Positions 10,674-24,492 of a DNA stretch of 64,000 bases are shown here, piece after piece. The notes below the pieces were generated by a model. That model made no database searches. It saw nothing but the letters and a program-made list of their open reading frames with translations, and was not told where the DNA came from. Each line of letters starts with the position of its first letter. Within the stretch, counting starts at the first letter, position 1. The stretch covers positions 12,106,359 through 12,170,358 of the forward strand of contig OZ316893.1 in NCBI GenBank assembly GCA_973895155.1. The letters are read 5' to 3'. Source of the DNA: Marsupella aquatica (lineage: Eukaryota > Plantae > Marchantiophyta). The translations under genes were made by a program, and so were the position numbers.

Positions 10674-11209
10674 TTGGTTGCTAGCAGCTTGCACATATGC
10701 ATTGCCAGTGACTTGTATGTTTTCGATACACTATGGCTACGATACTATATGTCACGACAGCTGTCATGCCGAGGGACAGTGCCGCTTGTGCACATCGGCA
10801 TGTCCCTCGCATGCCCGCTAGGTATGGTTAGGGCTAGTGTACTACTTGAGTTAGTGTCATGTTCTTGTAGCGAGTCTGGGCTGTTCTTGAAGCAAAAGGG
10901 GTTTGTTAGTGTGACGCCTGGACCCGGTCCTACTTAGGGCATGTTTTTCTTTGCCGTTCTTCAGTTCTTCTTGAATCGCTGTGAGACAGAGTTTTTCAGA
11001 GGCTACTCGTCGGTTCCGTACACGGAATTCACACAGTGATTCGTTAGATGCTCCCGGCCGATCTTGGCATCTCGCCGGTTTTCGATTCGATTTCAGTACG
11101 TTTGTTTCTATCACGCCTTTTATTTGGTTGCTAGCAGCTTGCACATATGCATTGCCAGTGACTTGTATGTTTTCGATACACTATGGCTACGATACTATAT
11201 GTCACGACA
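10674..11209 (+). repeat. 3' terminal block B1-gc-A2-B2
   Basis: B1 (10674-10759) and B2 (11124-11209) are identical 86-bp copies at offset 450. A2 (10762-11124) lies between them. The B1|A2 junction reads GACA-GC-TGTC. Confidence 0.95.
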
Positions 11210-13713
11210 CAAAAACAGTCAAGTCACTGGGATGGAGAGAGTATTTACAATGGAAAAGTAATGAAGTTCCTTTGGTAGAATAATCTAAGTGTATCAACAA
11301 AACAATTAACTGCATTTGACACAACAATGCACACATCATATCAGGGAGAGCTGTCATTGTGCAAAATCAGAAGAGCAATTATATTCGGTTTTTCTTGGTA
11401 TTAAATATTCGGCTGATGGCCTTTTCCAAAATAAATAAATAAATCAGAAAAGCAAGAGTGAACATTGTTTCCCTAAAGAACCTCCCACAAGATACTATTA
11501 AGGTGTCTCAAAAGTCAGGTTTGGCAGTCACAGTCGTCTCCTTCCATAGGAAAATGTTAAGATATCAATAACACTTATCCACTGCCATTTTAGGTAGTTC
11601 CAAAAGTTTCTGTGGACTAATAGCTTTTCCGTAGAGGGATACTTATGAACTAGTTATGAAACGCCCTATTAGAAAGTGGATCTGACTACTCTGATGCCAG
11701 AATGAGATTTTCAATTTTAGAGCGGGGCTGACAACTCTTCAATATATAGAATTTCCCAGATCCATTTTGGGAGAAAATTCAATAAAGTATGTTCTACGTA
11801 TGTTCGACATTAAATTGGTGGTGTTTTGGCATGATTGATAAAAGTATCATGGGACTCTGTGAGTGCCTTGAATTTGATGAGAGAATGATCTTTGTCGCTC
11901 CATATAGGCCCCAAATGAACAACGTCAGACGCACCGTCAGTCTGGTCAAACCATCATCCAAATCGAAAAATGATGTATACAGGAGAAGTTATTCAATCTT
12001 GTGGAATTGTACCCTCCCCCGAATGATGATGGTTGATCTTTCAGAAAGTTGGACAATATTTCGAATTGAACTTTATATAGAATAATATATACTCGGGACA
12101 CTTTTGTTTAGTCTAATTATCACTATGTTACCTTTTTCAGTCACAGTTAAGCAATCTAACCAGGCTCATGACAAAGCGTCCATCAACACAAAGGCTACCA
12201 TGGTGCACAATCTAATGGCTCCAACTCGCTTTGGGTCAAAGCTACCCACACCTTGACCTAGGGGCAAGGTTCCCCTAACCAAGGTGTCCCCTCACCTGAC
12301 TCCAACCTGGGTCCATGCGAGATTTGATGTTGTGGGGGAGGCAGGAAGGGAGGTTCATGTGCTCAGAATGGAGCAAGGTTGTGAAGGGGGAGCAAGGCTA
12401 CAGGAGATGGAGGCCATGAGGGCGAGCATGAGGGCGCATGTGGAGCCCGAGGTGGAACCCCAAGGGCCAGCGCAGCCCTGCTCCTAGACAAAGGGTAATG
12501 GGGTGCTTAGCTTCGACTCAACATTTGTAGCTGTTGGATTGTGTAACATGACAGGCTCTGCGTCATTGGATCAACTGCCATGAAGCCTGATTAGATTGCT
12601 TCACCCACGATGGAAACATTTGGCATCCTAGTAATTAGACTACAAAAGGCGGCAAGTGGTGCTAGTCAACAACAAAGGTAGCAATAAAGTAAACTCACTT
12701 TTTAAGATTTAATTTTGGGTGTGAATGTTTCCAGCAAAAGGCATACTGCATCCTTATTTAGATCCCAAGTTATTTTTGGATGATGCTTCCTGGCTAAGTT
12801 ACCTAAAAATTCCAGTAGTTAATGTGTCTAATTTTATGAAATCTCTCACATTTTCTCTGTGAGGTACTGCAAGTTGAGGATGACGGACAGGGAATGAAGT
12901 CTATAATTGGTTTCTGGGTGTAAAAGTAATCCAAAAATGCAACCAAAGTTTCTTATGCCAACTATTTCACATGGGATTGGAATCACCCACCCACCACCGC
13001 CAAAGACAAAGACTGTGATCCAAGCCTGTTTATTGAGTTACTGACTTCTAAGAAAACCAAAGGACTGAAGAAGAGAAGGCATGAATGGGCAAAAATTAAA
13101 CCATGCACTTCTTGAACAGGAAGGAAGATGAGATTCTATGAACATGGAAACGCCTGTGCATGGAAGGACATCATAGAACCAACTTCTTCAAACAGGTAGA
13201 AGTTCAAGTCCTCCAATTACATTTTTCTTTTTTTAAGACATTGCCTTAAACCCTCGTAGAAAATTTTGATCAAGATACTATGGACTTTTATGATGAGAAG
13301 TGGTGAAGTTGTAGGCAGATATAACTTTTAAAGCTTGAAGGTTAATGACATAAATTTAACAGAAAACAACCACCCTTGGGACTTAGCCCTGACCATACGT
13401 GCTGTAACTTGATGCTAGGATACGAGGTTCTTAGATATGGTTGCCAAACGTTATTTCACCTCATTGCTCCAATGCATGTATTTACATAGTACTAGTGGAT
13501 TCCACTCTTTTTGTGATTTTCCTTTGAGTCTAATATCACTATTTGGCTCAAACATTTAGTGGCCACAGATATTGAATCAAACTAAATGTCTAGGGCTGAC
13601 AAAGTGAATGTTTATCAATGGATGAGTCCATTGCCAAGGATGAGATGTGGGTGGGCTTGTAGCTTGTTTTGGCACCTTGGCATTTATTTTTGTGTGATAA
13701 CATTCAGATTCCC

Positions 13714-14069
13714 TGTTACTACTTAACTCGAGCACCTGGTTGGCTTAACTAGAGCATAACTTAGCCATAGTTAAAGGTTACTGAGGTTAGACTAGTGGAG
13801 AGGGGTAAACCCTTGTGAAAACATTTTATTGTGCTCATACTGAGATATCACTTTGAGGAGCAAGAGACTGAGAGAAGAGAACTTGTCATAGAGCAGCTTG
13901 TGAACTTGACTTATGGCGTATGCATGTATTGGGATTTCACATAGTGATTCTAGCTTCTCTCCGCCATGGACATAGCCCAGACAGGGTGAACCTTGGATCT
14001 CTGTGTTGTTGTCAAATTTTTAAATCACTGGTTCCATGCAACACTGTGCTATGGAAAATTTTCTTAACA
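13714..14069 (+). mobile_element. Probable solo LTR, Copia-like, diverged
   Basis: TGTTA...TAACA ends. Internal GGACATAGCC...GGTGAACC and TAGTTA...TGAGGTTAG motifs resemble the reverse complement of the Copia LTR at 50220-50551. Flanks TTCCC / TTTCC are only a near-TSD. Confidence 0.5.
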
Positions 14070-17000
14070 TTTCCCTCACCCAAGTATCAGCTCCAGCTGA
14101 GTAGCCTTGTCACTTGGGGTTGGTTTTCCTTTTCTTCAAAAAGAAGAGAAAAATAAATGGATGAGATGTGGGTGATATGTTCTATGAGTAAGTGAAATGT
14201 GCTTTGGGGTTGGTTTGAGTATATCAATTTGCTTTGAGGGGACTGCTCAAGATCATGGTTACTCCACTTTTTTTGAGAGTGAGAATTACCTGCGTACAGC
14301 ATGTACACTAGTGTCCTGTTTTTTTATGTTTTATAGTAACATCCTTTTACAGGGTGTGGGCTTAAAAGTCAAGAGAATAAGTACTTTTATCCAAGTTTGA
14401 GCGGCCAATATTGGTTTTTGTAGCAGTGGTGACAGAGTATTGATATACTTAGAGAGATTGTTCAGTCTTACCATTTTTATACTCTTATTTCTTGCTTCAC
14501 ACTTGGCACCCCTGGAAATTGATGTTGTATAAGGGCTACCAAGAGACAACTAGAAGACTTTTTACTAGTACGTACTCGTATCATATACTCCAAACTAAGC
14601 AAGTAAATCGTAGCATCTTACGTTATATGGTCTGAGACCAATGTTGGAGTGCGTTGATTCTCAAACTAATACTCAAAGTAAACTGAAAATTCTCTAACCT
14701 CAAAATATGAGAAATCGGATAAGGCATTCTTTTTTGAAAAACAAGATTGAAGATATCTCCCAGCCCAAACTGTCATAATCTTGTGGCATGGGGGCAGAAT
14801 CTCTCATAGCTACAGTTCTAACAACCCAATATGTCGATGCAAGGATAAGCTTGCAAGGATGCAGTAAGATCTCAGCCTACTTCTTGGAGGCCTAAAAGTA
14901 TCTCAAAGTTTATCTTGAGTAACATTGCATCTCTTTGAATGCAAAGTAGGGCCTCTAGACAAATTCTTCTTTGTGACCCTCTTATGCAATTTATTTTCCG
15001 AGCTTTAACAGGCTTCTCAGTTTACTACTCAGGAGGCCTGTAGTTATTTTGTTGTAATGGGGGACTCAATCAAGGGCTTTTGGGTTCTTTGGTCTTCTTG
15101 GGGGTTTTCACTAGTTTTCTCCCCTTTCTTAGGTGCTCTGCCTTTGTGATTCTTTCTTCCCCTTTGACACCTTTTGTTCTTTGGCAGTTTGATATACTAA
15201 TCTCAATGCCTATTCTTTGAACCTAAATAAAGGTGAGGATATTCATGCCATTTTCAGAGACTTGCCCTTTCCCCAATCCTTATTCCCACCTTCCCACACC
15301 CCTGAGTCACTGTCTACCTCTAGACGGGAGGCCCTCAAGAGTAGCTTTGGATGGCAATAATTGTATGCTTAATAGCAAATAGTACCTTAAGGATGTTGTA
15401 AGAGGAGGAACATGATTTATGTTGGTCGTCCACAATAGCACCAAAAAAAGACCCCCAAGGTCTTCCCTGCCCTTACTTTCCCCCTTCGACATGGCCAAAA
15501 TTCATGCTCTTGTAACACAATTTGTTTGTGAGTGTCAGGTATCGAATCCAAGTCTTACAACATGACCTAGTCCACTACATGAAATTTCTGGGAAGATGAC
15601 GAGAACACACGAATTACTCAACAAGCAAACATAAGCAAATCCATCTCTGCACATGCTGTACGAATATAGAGGAGAATTCTGGGAAGGTGACCAGATCAGA
15701 CATTAAATTCTGGACATGCTGTACAAAACTAGACAGCTTATTTGCCAGAAACCCTTTGACACGTTTATCACTTGCTTCTTCTTTTCATACTTTGGCATGC
15801 ATCACTTCTCGAGTCGGAAGGTTAGTAATGACACCCAATCTGTGGTACAAAACAAAAGCTGCACGAGAGATAAAAAGTCTCATCCAAAAGACATTGATCT
15901 GTACATGAGTTTCTAGGAAAGTGTTTGCACTTAGTTTGTCGTGATTGATTTTCACCTCTCCTTTTCTGCTTAGTAAAAGCTTTGTCCTTACTTCTAATTC
16001 TCTTCCAAATTGTTGCTCTTCCCCAACCTCGTGTTGAGGGTTCGAGAAACTTAATCAAAATGTGTCAATTGTAGCATCAAGGTCTAATTATGACAACTAA
16101 GCCATTCTCTTACTAAAACATGTTTAGTAAATATATGATTTCCAAGGCAAAAACAGACATTCGTAAAGCCTGTTGGACTGTGGTATTTGTTGCGGCTAGT
16201 TAATACTCTCCAATGGATGAGGTACCAAGAAAATTATACCCAAAAAAAATACAAAGATGTAAAACAGGGGTTGAAGGAAACCCATCGACAGAAAACCGGG
16301 ACACTTGCCTCCTTTTCAAATTACATGTCTCCATTTAGAAAACACTTATTGTGAATACAATTAAATTTCAACAAGTTGACTTTGTTTGATGCTTTAGTCT
16401 AAATTAGGACTAAAGTGGACATTTACTCTATCATGCACAGTTGAACCTTATTTTATTTCCTTCTATAAGTCAAGGGAATCGAATTGAATGTTGTCCGTTG
16501 TGCAAGCAGTCGTTGCCGGTAGCCGGTCGGTGCAAGTTAGCTGCGCGTAGAATGCAGTTAAATAAATCAAACGCGCCACTGGTAACATCCAGCAGTCCAT
16601 GTCCTGGTGGGAGATGGGTGAGAGTGTGGCAAGAGAGGGTGTGTGTTTGAATCTTGCCTGCTCCGTTTTCCCTTTTAACACAGATCCCCCCAAAAGTGGG
16701 GTTCACTAGCACCTAGTGACACTTAAAAAAAAAAATTCATTCAAAAGAGGAACCGATTGTAGCAGTTTCTGGTCAATGTTCACTTTACTACAAGATAACA
16801 TTAATTGTAAAACACGTGACTAGTAGAAGTGAGTCTTATTTTTCTGATGTCATCTTTATTTCTATTGTGGGAGAAGACAAGCATACAATGAAAAAAAGGA
16901 GCATGTAAATTGGCGCTACAGTGAAACATTTAAATTGGGACCGGGGGAGGGAGTATGCTTCCAGCATTTTGACCAGAATGACAGTTATGTTTGATTTCTT

Positions 17001-18526
17001 TTTGCATAGACGGCATCGCCATCTTAACATAGTCTCACAGAAAGTATACCCATTGGGAGTTGGACCTCCAAATTCCCTAGAATGTTGTTCCCAAAATATC
17101 CCATTGCATTCAACGTTGTCCTACATGTTTGAATGGACTTTCGCAATCCACATGGAATCTCAGTTGGTCCCCTCGTTTACTACTGTTTTAGAGTTGAATC
17201 TCCAAACTTTCTTTCAGGAAGGAAGGGAAAAAATCCATTAAAAAAATTAAGAAAAGTGGAATCTCCATTTTCGTTTGTTTTTCTGAGTATTTTCCTACAT
17301 TTATCCAGTACAGTCTGAGTGATCTCATCTAGGTGAAGTTGGAAAGTTTTAGATGCTATGGGATCATCTTTTTCCGGCAGTGGTTCTTTGGAAATGCACT
17401 ATATTTAGGACTCACCCTAATGCCCATGCTTTTGCAGAAGAAAGGTTCCTTCTCGTGCCCGTCCCTAATCACAAGCACGATCTAAATATAAAAGAGGTCC
17501 AGAGAACACAAACACCAAACTCAAAAGAAATGTGCAAAAGGAAACCCCAAAAACCTAGGAAACAAAAAGGGGAAAAAAACAGTAAAAATGCGTGCCCTAT
17601 GGTGATGAGCTAACATACTCATAGATGCTATAGTGGGATGAGATAATGATCTACATTTAGTGTGATAAAAATCTGCAAGTGGGACGTAGACAGCCCAAAC
17701 TCACAACCAAAACATGGACTCAAGACTCCGGCTCAGACCATGTTTCCCTCCAGCAAGGTTGATTGTCTGGCTTAAGTCCGGAGAACATCTATACTGTAAA
17801 TTGTGGCTCAAAATATACCCTTCAAGACTTCATAGAGTAATGTCATGGACATAATTTATCCCTTATTAACATATCAAAATGTGGTAATTATGGTGTGCAC
17901 TCATTGATTTTAAAAAAATAACAAGATTTGTCATGGTATGGAGTGATGTCATACACTGAAACATGTCATATTTTGATGTGCAACCGGGACCCATAATTTA
18001 TCCGGGAACAAGTTTTTCTATTATTCACACTATACTTGTGAGTAAAGTTGGGCATGGGGATTCTAGGTAGAGGGAGCTCTTCTTGGGCATGCTCACAGGC
18101 TAGTAATCTAGTAATCTAGTAATACATATACATATAGATAATGGTCGAGAATTGCGAGGAAGAGGGTCTGACCCATCAGACTGTAGGATCAGCACCTAGT
18201 GATGGACTAAATCAAACTTCTGAAGACACGAATGTCCTATATTCTGTTTCTGTCCACGCGGAGCTACTTTTCAGGAGTGTTTCAGCTACAGTAAGTGCGT
18301 GTTTCCTTCTGTTCGATCCACACGCGCAGCTGGACTTCATACTGGAATGGACCAGTCACTCGTCAATCTACGGGTTGGGGATGCTTTCTGTCTCGGGTGA
18401 ACAGTCTCACAGAGAATCCTTCTCCATATTTTGTTACATAATTCTCCGAGGAAGGTAGGAAACAACTATTACTTTACTGTTACATGGGACAAAGGCCCGG
18501 GAAATGATGCTGTCAAGGTTTTGGGC

Positions 18527-18878
18527 TGAACATTTTGAATATGCCACTTCATGATTCATGATCCATCCTTGTGTGAATAACCAGACAAGCCCGTTGGCAG
18601 ACCATAAAATCTTAAGACAAGTAGACGCTAGCATATCTACCAATTTTGAGAACTTTAGGCATGCGTGTAAGGTTTACCTTATGGTGACTAGAACATTGAA
18701 CATTTTGAATGTGCCACTTCATGATTCGTGGCAGGATCCATCCTTGTGTAAATAACCAGACAAGCCGGTTGGCAGACGATAAAATCTTCAGATAGTAGAC
18801 GCCAGCATATCTACAGTACCAATTTTGAGAAGTTTAGCCATGCGTACAACGTTTACCTTATGGTGACTAGAACATTGC
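18527..18878. repeat. Tandem duplication of ~170-180 bp
   Basis: TGAACATTTTGAAT...CCTTATGGTGACTAGAACAT occurs twice head-to-tail with small indels. Confidence 0.85.
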
Positions 18879-19603
18879 AGCAGGAACCATTCCACCACAA
18901 TGACCCAGTATGAAATGAACATGCTCGTCAAACACATTCGTTGCACCGAAATGGCAAAGATAGATAGATTCTTATTGTTACAAGATATATTCCCTCGCTA
19001 AAAAAGCGAGAGCATACATTTCGTGTACAAACAAACAAAACGCCACCAACCCCAGCGACCTTGTAAAATATTCATTTCGAATGGAGAGTTCCCTCGAGAA
19101 AAATAGTGGCCTTGTGTCAGATACACTGACAACTTTAGTGACCGCGTGACGCGGTAAATTGCCTTATACAAATAGAACAATACACAATTTTACGGTTTCC
19201 TGATCTACCCATGAGTGATACGTATTTCTAATAGATTGCTGATAGATACCCCGTCTTGGCAGAGAACAAACTGCTTCCATTTCTTCAAACTCGAATTTTC
19301 GTTGGGCAAATTACAACGCAGAGGAACCTGAGACATGCCCATTTTGCCTTGATCTGTCCGGCCGAGGGTCTGGAACTCCAGCAAGATATGTTGGAGGTTT
19401 GCATTCGATTCATAAAAATTATTTGGGGATCAACTAGATTTTAACGAGGGTGCCAACCAGCTAAGCAAAAGGTGTCTCGTTTGGTAAACCCTGCTAATCT
19501 AATTTAGTGATGCGAATATTGTTTGTAGATCCCCAAATGGGTAGAAGCTCATTACTAAAGAATTTCATTATAACAATACTACACCGTTGAGAACTGTTTT
19601 AAA

Positions 19604-22147
19604 TCAAAGCTCCCCAGTTCCAACTGGTTTTCTCGACGTATCTCCAGATGCCCAGGCATTATAATCCTTCTCAAGCTGCATATAACGAGACCACCAGAAA
19701 TGAGATAATGCAAAGCCCACTCATTGAGGAAATATCATCTGTTATCTGACTGTTCAGACATCCTCATTGTGAAATAAGCATAGCTGCTATTCTTAGCGAT
19801 TTTAAGCGTTTTTTTCTTGTAGTTCCGCTCATCAGAGAGTCTGCGAAATTAGTACTGACAACCTGGTTCGTCATGCATAGAAATCAATAGCTACGCAGAG
19901 CAATGGCCGCGACAGGTAACTTGGACACCTATATCAAGATTGCTGTTACAAAACTAATAAGAGGACGCCTTATCTCATCCACCTTGTTATGTCATCTAGT
20001 TTCAATGGAATGCGAGGGGCGATGTCAGTTATACGAACGTATGGACTGTCTGACGAGACCAACACCAGCGAAGTCAGGCAATACCAAGCACATATTTAAA
20101 TACCTGGGATAGGAATCGGGGCACCATAACTCTCAAGACTTGGCCGAGCACCTGACTTCCAGTTCCCTCAATCATACTTTGCGAAAAAATCCTCATTGCT
20201 GCAGGGACGTCCAGCGTAACCTGCCACAGTGATTTTCTGGCCTGTGAGTTCTACTTTGCTGAATAGTCCATGAGACTGCAAATCTGAAAATGTGAAATAA
20301 AAATAATGCATTTTAAGCAAATATAAATGAAACAATCCTCTCCATACTTCTCCCAAAATGTGAGATTGGAAAGTGCCGCCAAAGGATGAAGCTTTCCCAT
20401 CAACCCGTTGTATCTCGTGACAGGGAATAAGTACACACACCTCAATTGTCGTGTCTGAAATGAGCTGCTTTTCGGCCTCTGATTCCTCACTATCTTGCCA
20501 AGAAACATTGTTCACCATAGACGCTGCAATCCAATACCAAGCATCGGCTCAGCGGGACAACCTCAGAGGAAGGTAGCAGTGAAGCGAATAGGAGGGGCAA
20601 TTGTAAGTGCTTGCTTCCTACTGTTTGAAGGATTTCACTCAAGACCACGCGATGAAAACAAAGCACGCAAGCAAGGAGGAGGGTGGAGACAGGCCGATTT
20701 CAGATGGTGACACTACCACACCACCTCCCTCCCTCCCACAAATACGGATATGAACAAATGACAAACTAATCCGCAGTCATCATGTGAATCATACCTGTGA
20801 ACTTTTCATTCTGAGCGACCACAAGCGGTGAACCGTCCAGCTACATTTCCCAACCGAACACCGTCCACGGAGAATTCAGCATCACAACAAAAACCTCAGG
20901 TCTATGAATTCAAACACACTTAGTGCAAGAGTTATTGATTATTTGGACATGAACCAATAGGTACATGGGAAGAAAGAGAAGTGTGATAATTCGGAACCCT
21001 ATTCTCGGATGAAAGCCGCAGCAGGTAAAGATTCCCATACACTAGTGCAGCTGCCAATTTCATGCATGTGGAAGAATTTAAGAAAATAAAAAATAACTCG
21101 GAACCCCATTCTCGGATGAAAGCCGCAGCAGGTAAAGATTCCCATACACTAGTGCAGCTGCCAATTTCATGCATGTGGAAGAATTTAAGAAAATTAAAAA
21201 CGGAAGAATCCCTGACTCACCGTACAGGAAAGAAGCCTAATGCAGCATCCATTCTTCTGCTCTTCCACCCGCACCAACAGCACAGGCCCAACTTCGAAAG
21301 AGAAGAATTTCAGACGAGGAGCGTAACACCGAAATGTATTTTCATCTACACGCTCAATACGCTCTGCATCCAATACAGAGTATTGGCTGGCAGGCAGGCT
21401 CATATACTCGCCTGTACAAAAGACTATATCAGCATAACATTCATCACCAGATGCCCTCACGTCCAAAAAATGTCCTCAAACGAATAAATTCGATCAACAT
21501 TTAGTACAAGCTTTTGTATTACAGAGCCGACAGATAAGATCCTTCAAATGCGACCTAACGTCCAAGACTTGAACGATTGGGAGCGAAACAGCAGCCAAAA
21601 ATAAACAACAGCAGCTTCCTTTCCTTGTTCTTCTCTTCGAACCCTTTATGTTTATCCACGTGATATTGTCAAGTGGAAATCGAAACCTAACTCTCTGAAT
21701 TTCAACCAAGAGGAGGACAACGTAAGAACATCCTTTTTCCAAAGAAGGTGCTGCTATAGCATAGTGGAAGGGAAGAAAATGTGCAGCTAACGAACCCAGA
21801 GGCCGCTCTGCTTCCTTAATTAAATGCTTTTCGACCTTCGAAGCAAGCAGCTTTGCACGTTGTTTTTGACCTTGTCTCTGACTGTTGTCGACCACAGCTC
21901 GAACCAACCCACGACGACCACCAGTGCTGCCACCGCCGCCACTACTAGCAGAGGTGCTACAGCCACCTGTTGACGAGGACGATCCCAATTGCAACTCTGG
22001 CCAAGCACCTTCCCCTCTTGTCGACAATCCCCCCCGTTGTTGTCTAAAACACGCTGATCTCGACGGTGATCCTCGTCCTGCAGATAATCCTTGCCCTCCT
22101 GCCAAACCCGACGCTACTGCCGCTGTTGCATGAAGTGGCAGCGCCAT
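19604..22147 (-). CDS. DUF1997 (SRPBCC-like) family protein, probably plastid-targeted; 6 exons
   Basis: Exons 22147-21796, 21411-21221, 20840-20795, 20523-20441, 20220-20104 and 19675-19604, all GT-AG with consistent phase. The protein includes EYMSLPASQYSVLDAERIERVDENTFRCY and LEKDYNAWASGDTSR, with an Ala/Ser/Gly/Arg-rich N-terminus. Confidence 0.88.
20991..21195. repeat. Intronic 107-bp tandem duplication
   Basis: TCGGAACCC...GAAGAATTTAAGAAAAT at 20991 and 21098, nearly identical. Confidence 0.9.
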
Positions 22148-24492
22148 CGCTGCAGACCCACAGCAGCTGCCTGCTCGGGATGGGGAGAAGAAGAGACGCA
22201 ACGAGAGGAGAGACAGAGGAGTTGCGTTATCGTCCAATGGCAGGAGGAACGAGAGCGGAATCGCAGTGCAAAACAGAAGAACGCGATGAAATGGAATGAG
22301 ACATGGATCAAACGGAATTACATCTGCGAGGAGAGGCAATTCAACGAAAAATCCTGGTGCTCAGATTACTCTCTCGACCTCGATAGGGAAAGGACAAGAC
22401 AACGAGTACAAATCAGAATTCGCATTTGCTGGTCATCGATCGAGCTGGGCTAGATGTTCTTCGCCACTCCTTCACCTTCGCTTTCGCCTTCGCCCAAGAG
22501 CAAGAGCAAGAGCTTGAGCAGGCAGAAGGACGATGAGTCGATGATGAGAGCGTTTGCAAGCGAGAGGTTCGTGAACCTCGGAGATACGCTACAGCAATAA
22601 AGCAGTGCAAAAGGCACGTCAAATAGATAGCGTAGGGACGATCGCAAAAACCAATACTGTGATTTACTACAGTAGTAGATTGCCACTCCTTTGGGGCATT
22701 TCATGTAGGGCTTTGGCGTAACATTAGGGGTCTCAAACCTTAAATTGCCACTGTTTTGGGGGGATTTCAATAGGGTTTTGGCGTAACATTAGGGGTCCCA
22801 ATCATTAGGGGTCTCAAATGAGAGGTCCCAAAACAATCTACGTTTGGCATAACAATAGGGGTCCCAATCCTCAAAATTGATTGATGGGCGTTATCTTAGT
22901 AGTTCCTAATAACTTAATAGCTACTAGGTTAATGTTAGGACAGAAAAAGTTCTGGAATGCCAAATTCATGATATTTTATTTTTTGCTGAAAAGATTAGTC
23001 TTATCACGGCCATAGTCACTGTAGAGGCGAGTGATGAAACAGTTACAAAATCCTGTGAAAACTCTGTGGTCCTTTGTTTATAACAAAAAGCCATCATCTG
23101 TAACTATGAAACTTTGAGATTCCTAATACATAGTTTGCTAGTGATTTTATTTATTTATCATAATGCCACTGTCTTAGTTTGTAAGTGGGTAAAAACAATT
23201 AACCTAGGTTAGCTCATTTGCATCCAATGGCTGTCATCACACCCAGTCCTGCAAGCTGAAAGCTTGTCTCCCTCATGTTGACTTTGACAGCCCTAGTAAT
23301 GGTTAGAACATTAGCTTGGGAGGGCTGAATGGTGACTCTTGTGAAACCTGGAAAAGAATGTCTAAACAAGTTTTCTGATATTCACATTGATTTATCAATG
23401 AACCTATCTGCAAGGGAAAAGATTCTGCTAGAAGCTACTTGGAACTATCTGTACCTTTAGTTAATTTTGATGAAAAATGGAGACATTAATGAATCTCTAA
23501 ACATTACTCTATCATGCTCTGTCCACACTTTGCACTTCCAAAAGTTTTGGAACAACTAACTTTGGCACTCACTACCTCCCTCAAAATCTAATAGAATCTG
23601 GTTTTTGGGGGTTCTCTAGAACTACTTGAAAAGATCTCTCGAATGAGCATAATATAGTCACATTTCATTGAGAATTGAGGTACCTACAAATTTTCATAGA
23701 TGACTGTCTTGTTTCTTGCTGCAGTTCAGTCATTTGTGTGATATATAGTGTATAAGAAGAAAATAGGGTTTGGTTGCCGTCCATTCTGCTTGCAAAAATC
23801 ACAGCTTCAACTCCCACCCCTTTTGGCTGAATTTGTGTTACCTAAAAAAGCTCTATGTGCATTGTAAACAATTTCTTTTCACCCAATCAATGAAGGTGGG
23901 TTCCCAAGATTCTGCGTGAAAATAGTTGGCCCTATCATCCAAGAATTAGTGCAAATGAGTCGGGTCAGGGCAATATGGGACAGCGAGAAACACATATGTG
24001 CCAGGGGTGCATATTTCGTACATCAATGGTCAGGGTAAACAGCTAATCAAATCCGATGGCTCTGGATCTTTCCCGCCCAAGAGTTTTTTTGTATTGGGAC
24101 TAAGTACAAAAAAAGACAGGGTCCTTATTACAGTTGTAGATGGGCAATAATAACCCCTCAAAAATCGAGCTGAAACTCACGGGTTTCTGAGCATTATGTC
24201 CCCCATAATGCACTCTAAACAAAACATTACCCTCTAACACATTAGAGTTTACGTAGTCAACTGAGGGATCGAACGGTTGAGCGAACCACGCAATCGACTG
24301 TAGTCAGCTTTTGCTCGGGCTTCGACTTTCCAGGAGGGGAGAGCGAGAAGATCCCACAGAGAAGCAAAACGAAAGTAGAGGAGGAAACGATAGGACGAGA
24401 AGCTCCGTTTCAGTTCTGTGGTTCTTTCTTTCGGAATTCGGAATTGCAATTCTCGATCACGTCCCGGTAACGTTTCCAACTCCGCCGCCAAC

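Larger units (their letters stand above)
1217..11209 (+). mobile_element. Ty3/gypsy-class retrotransposon carrying a C5 DNA methyltransferase and a PHD finger, with split/permuted terminal repeats (A...B-A-B)
   Basis: Ends TGTCATG (1217) and CACGACA (11209), flanked by CAAA on both sides (1213-1216, 11210-11213). Domain order is gag-PR-DNMT-RT-RH-INT-PHD. Repeats: A 1217-1577 and 10762-11124; B 10674-10759 and 11124-11209. Confidence 0.93.

Noticed and set aside
1217-11209. DIRS/PAT/Ngaro tyrosine-recombinase element
   Set aside because: The terminal layout fits, but the element encodes protease and a DDE integrase, has TG...CA outer ends and a TSD, and shows no tyrosine-recombinase motifs.
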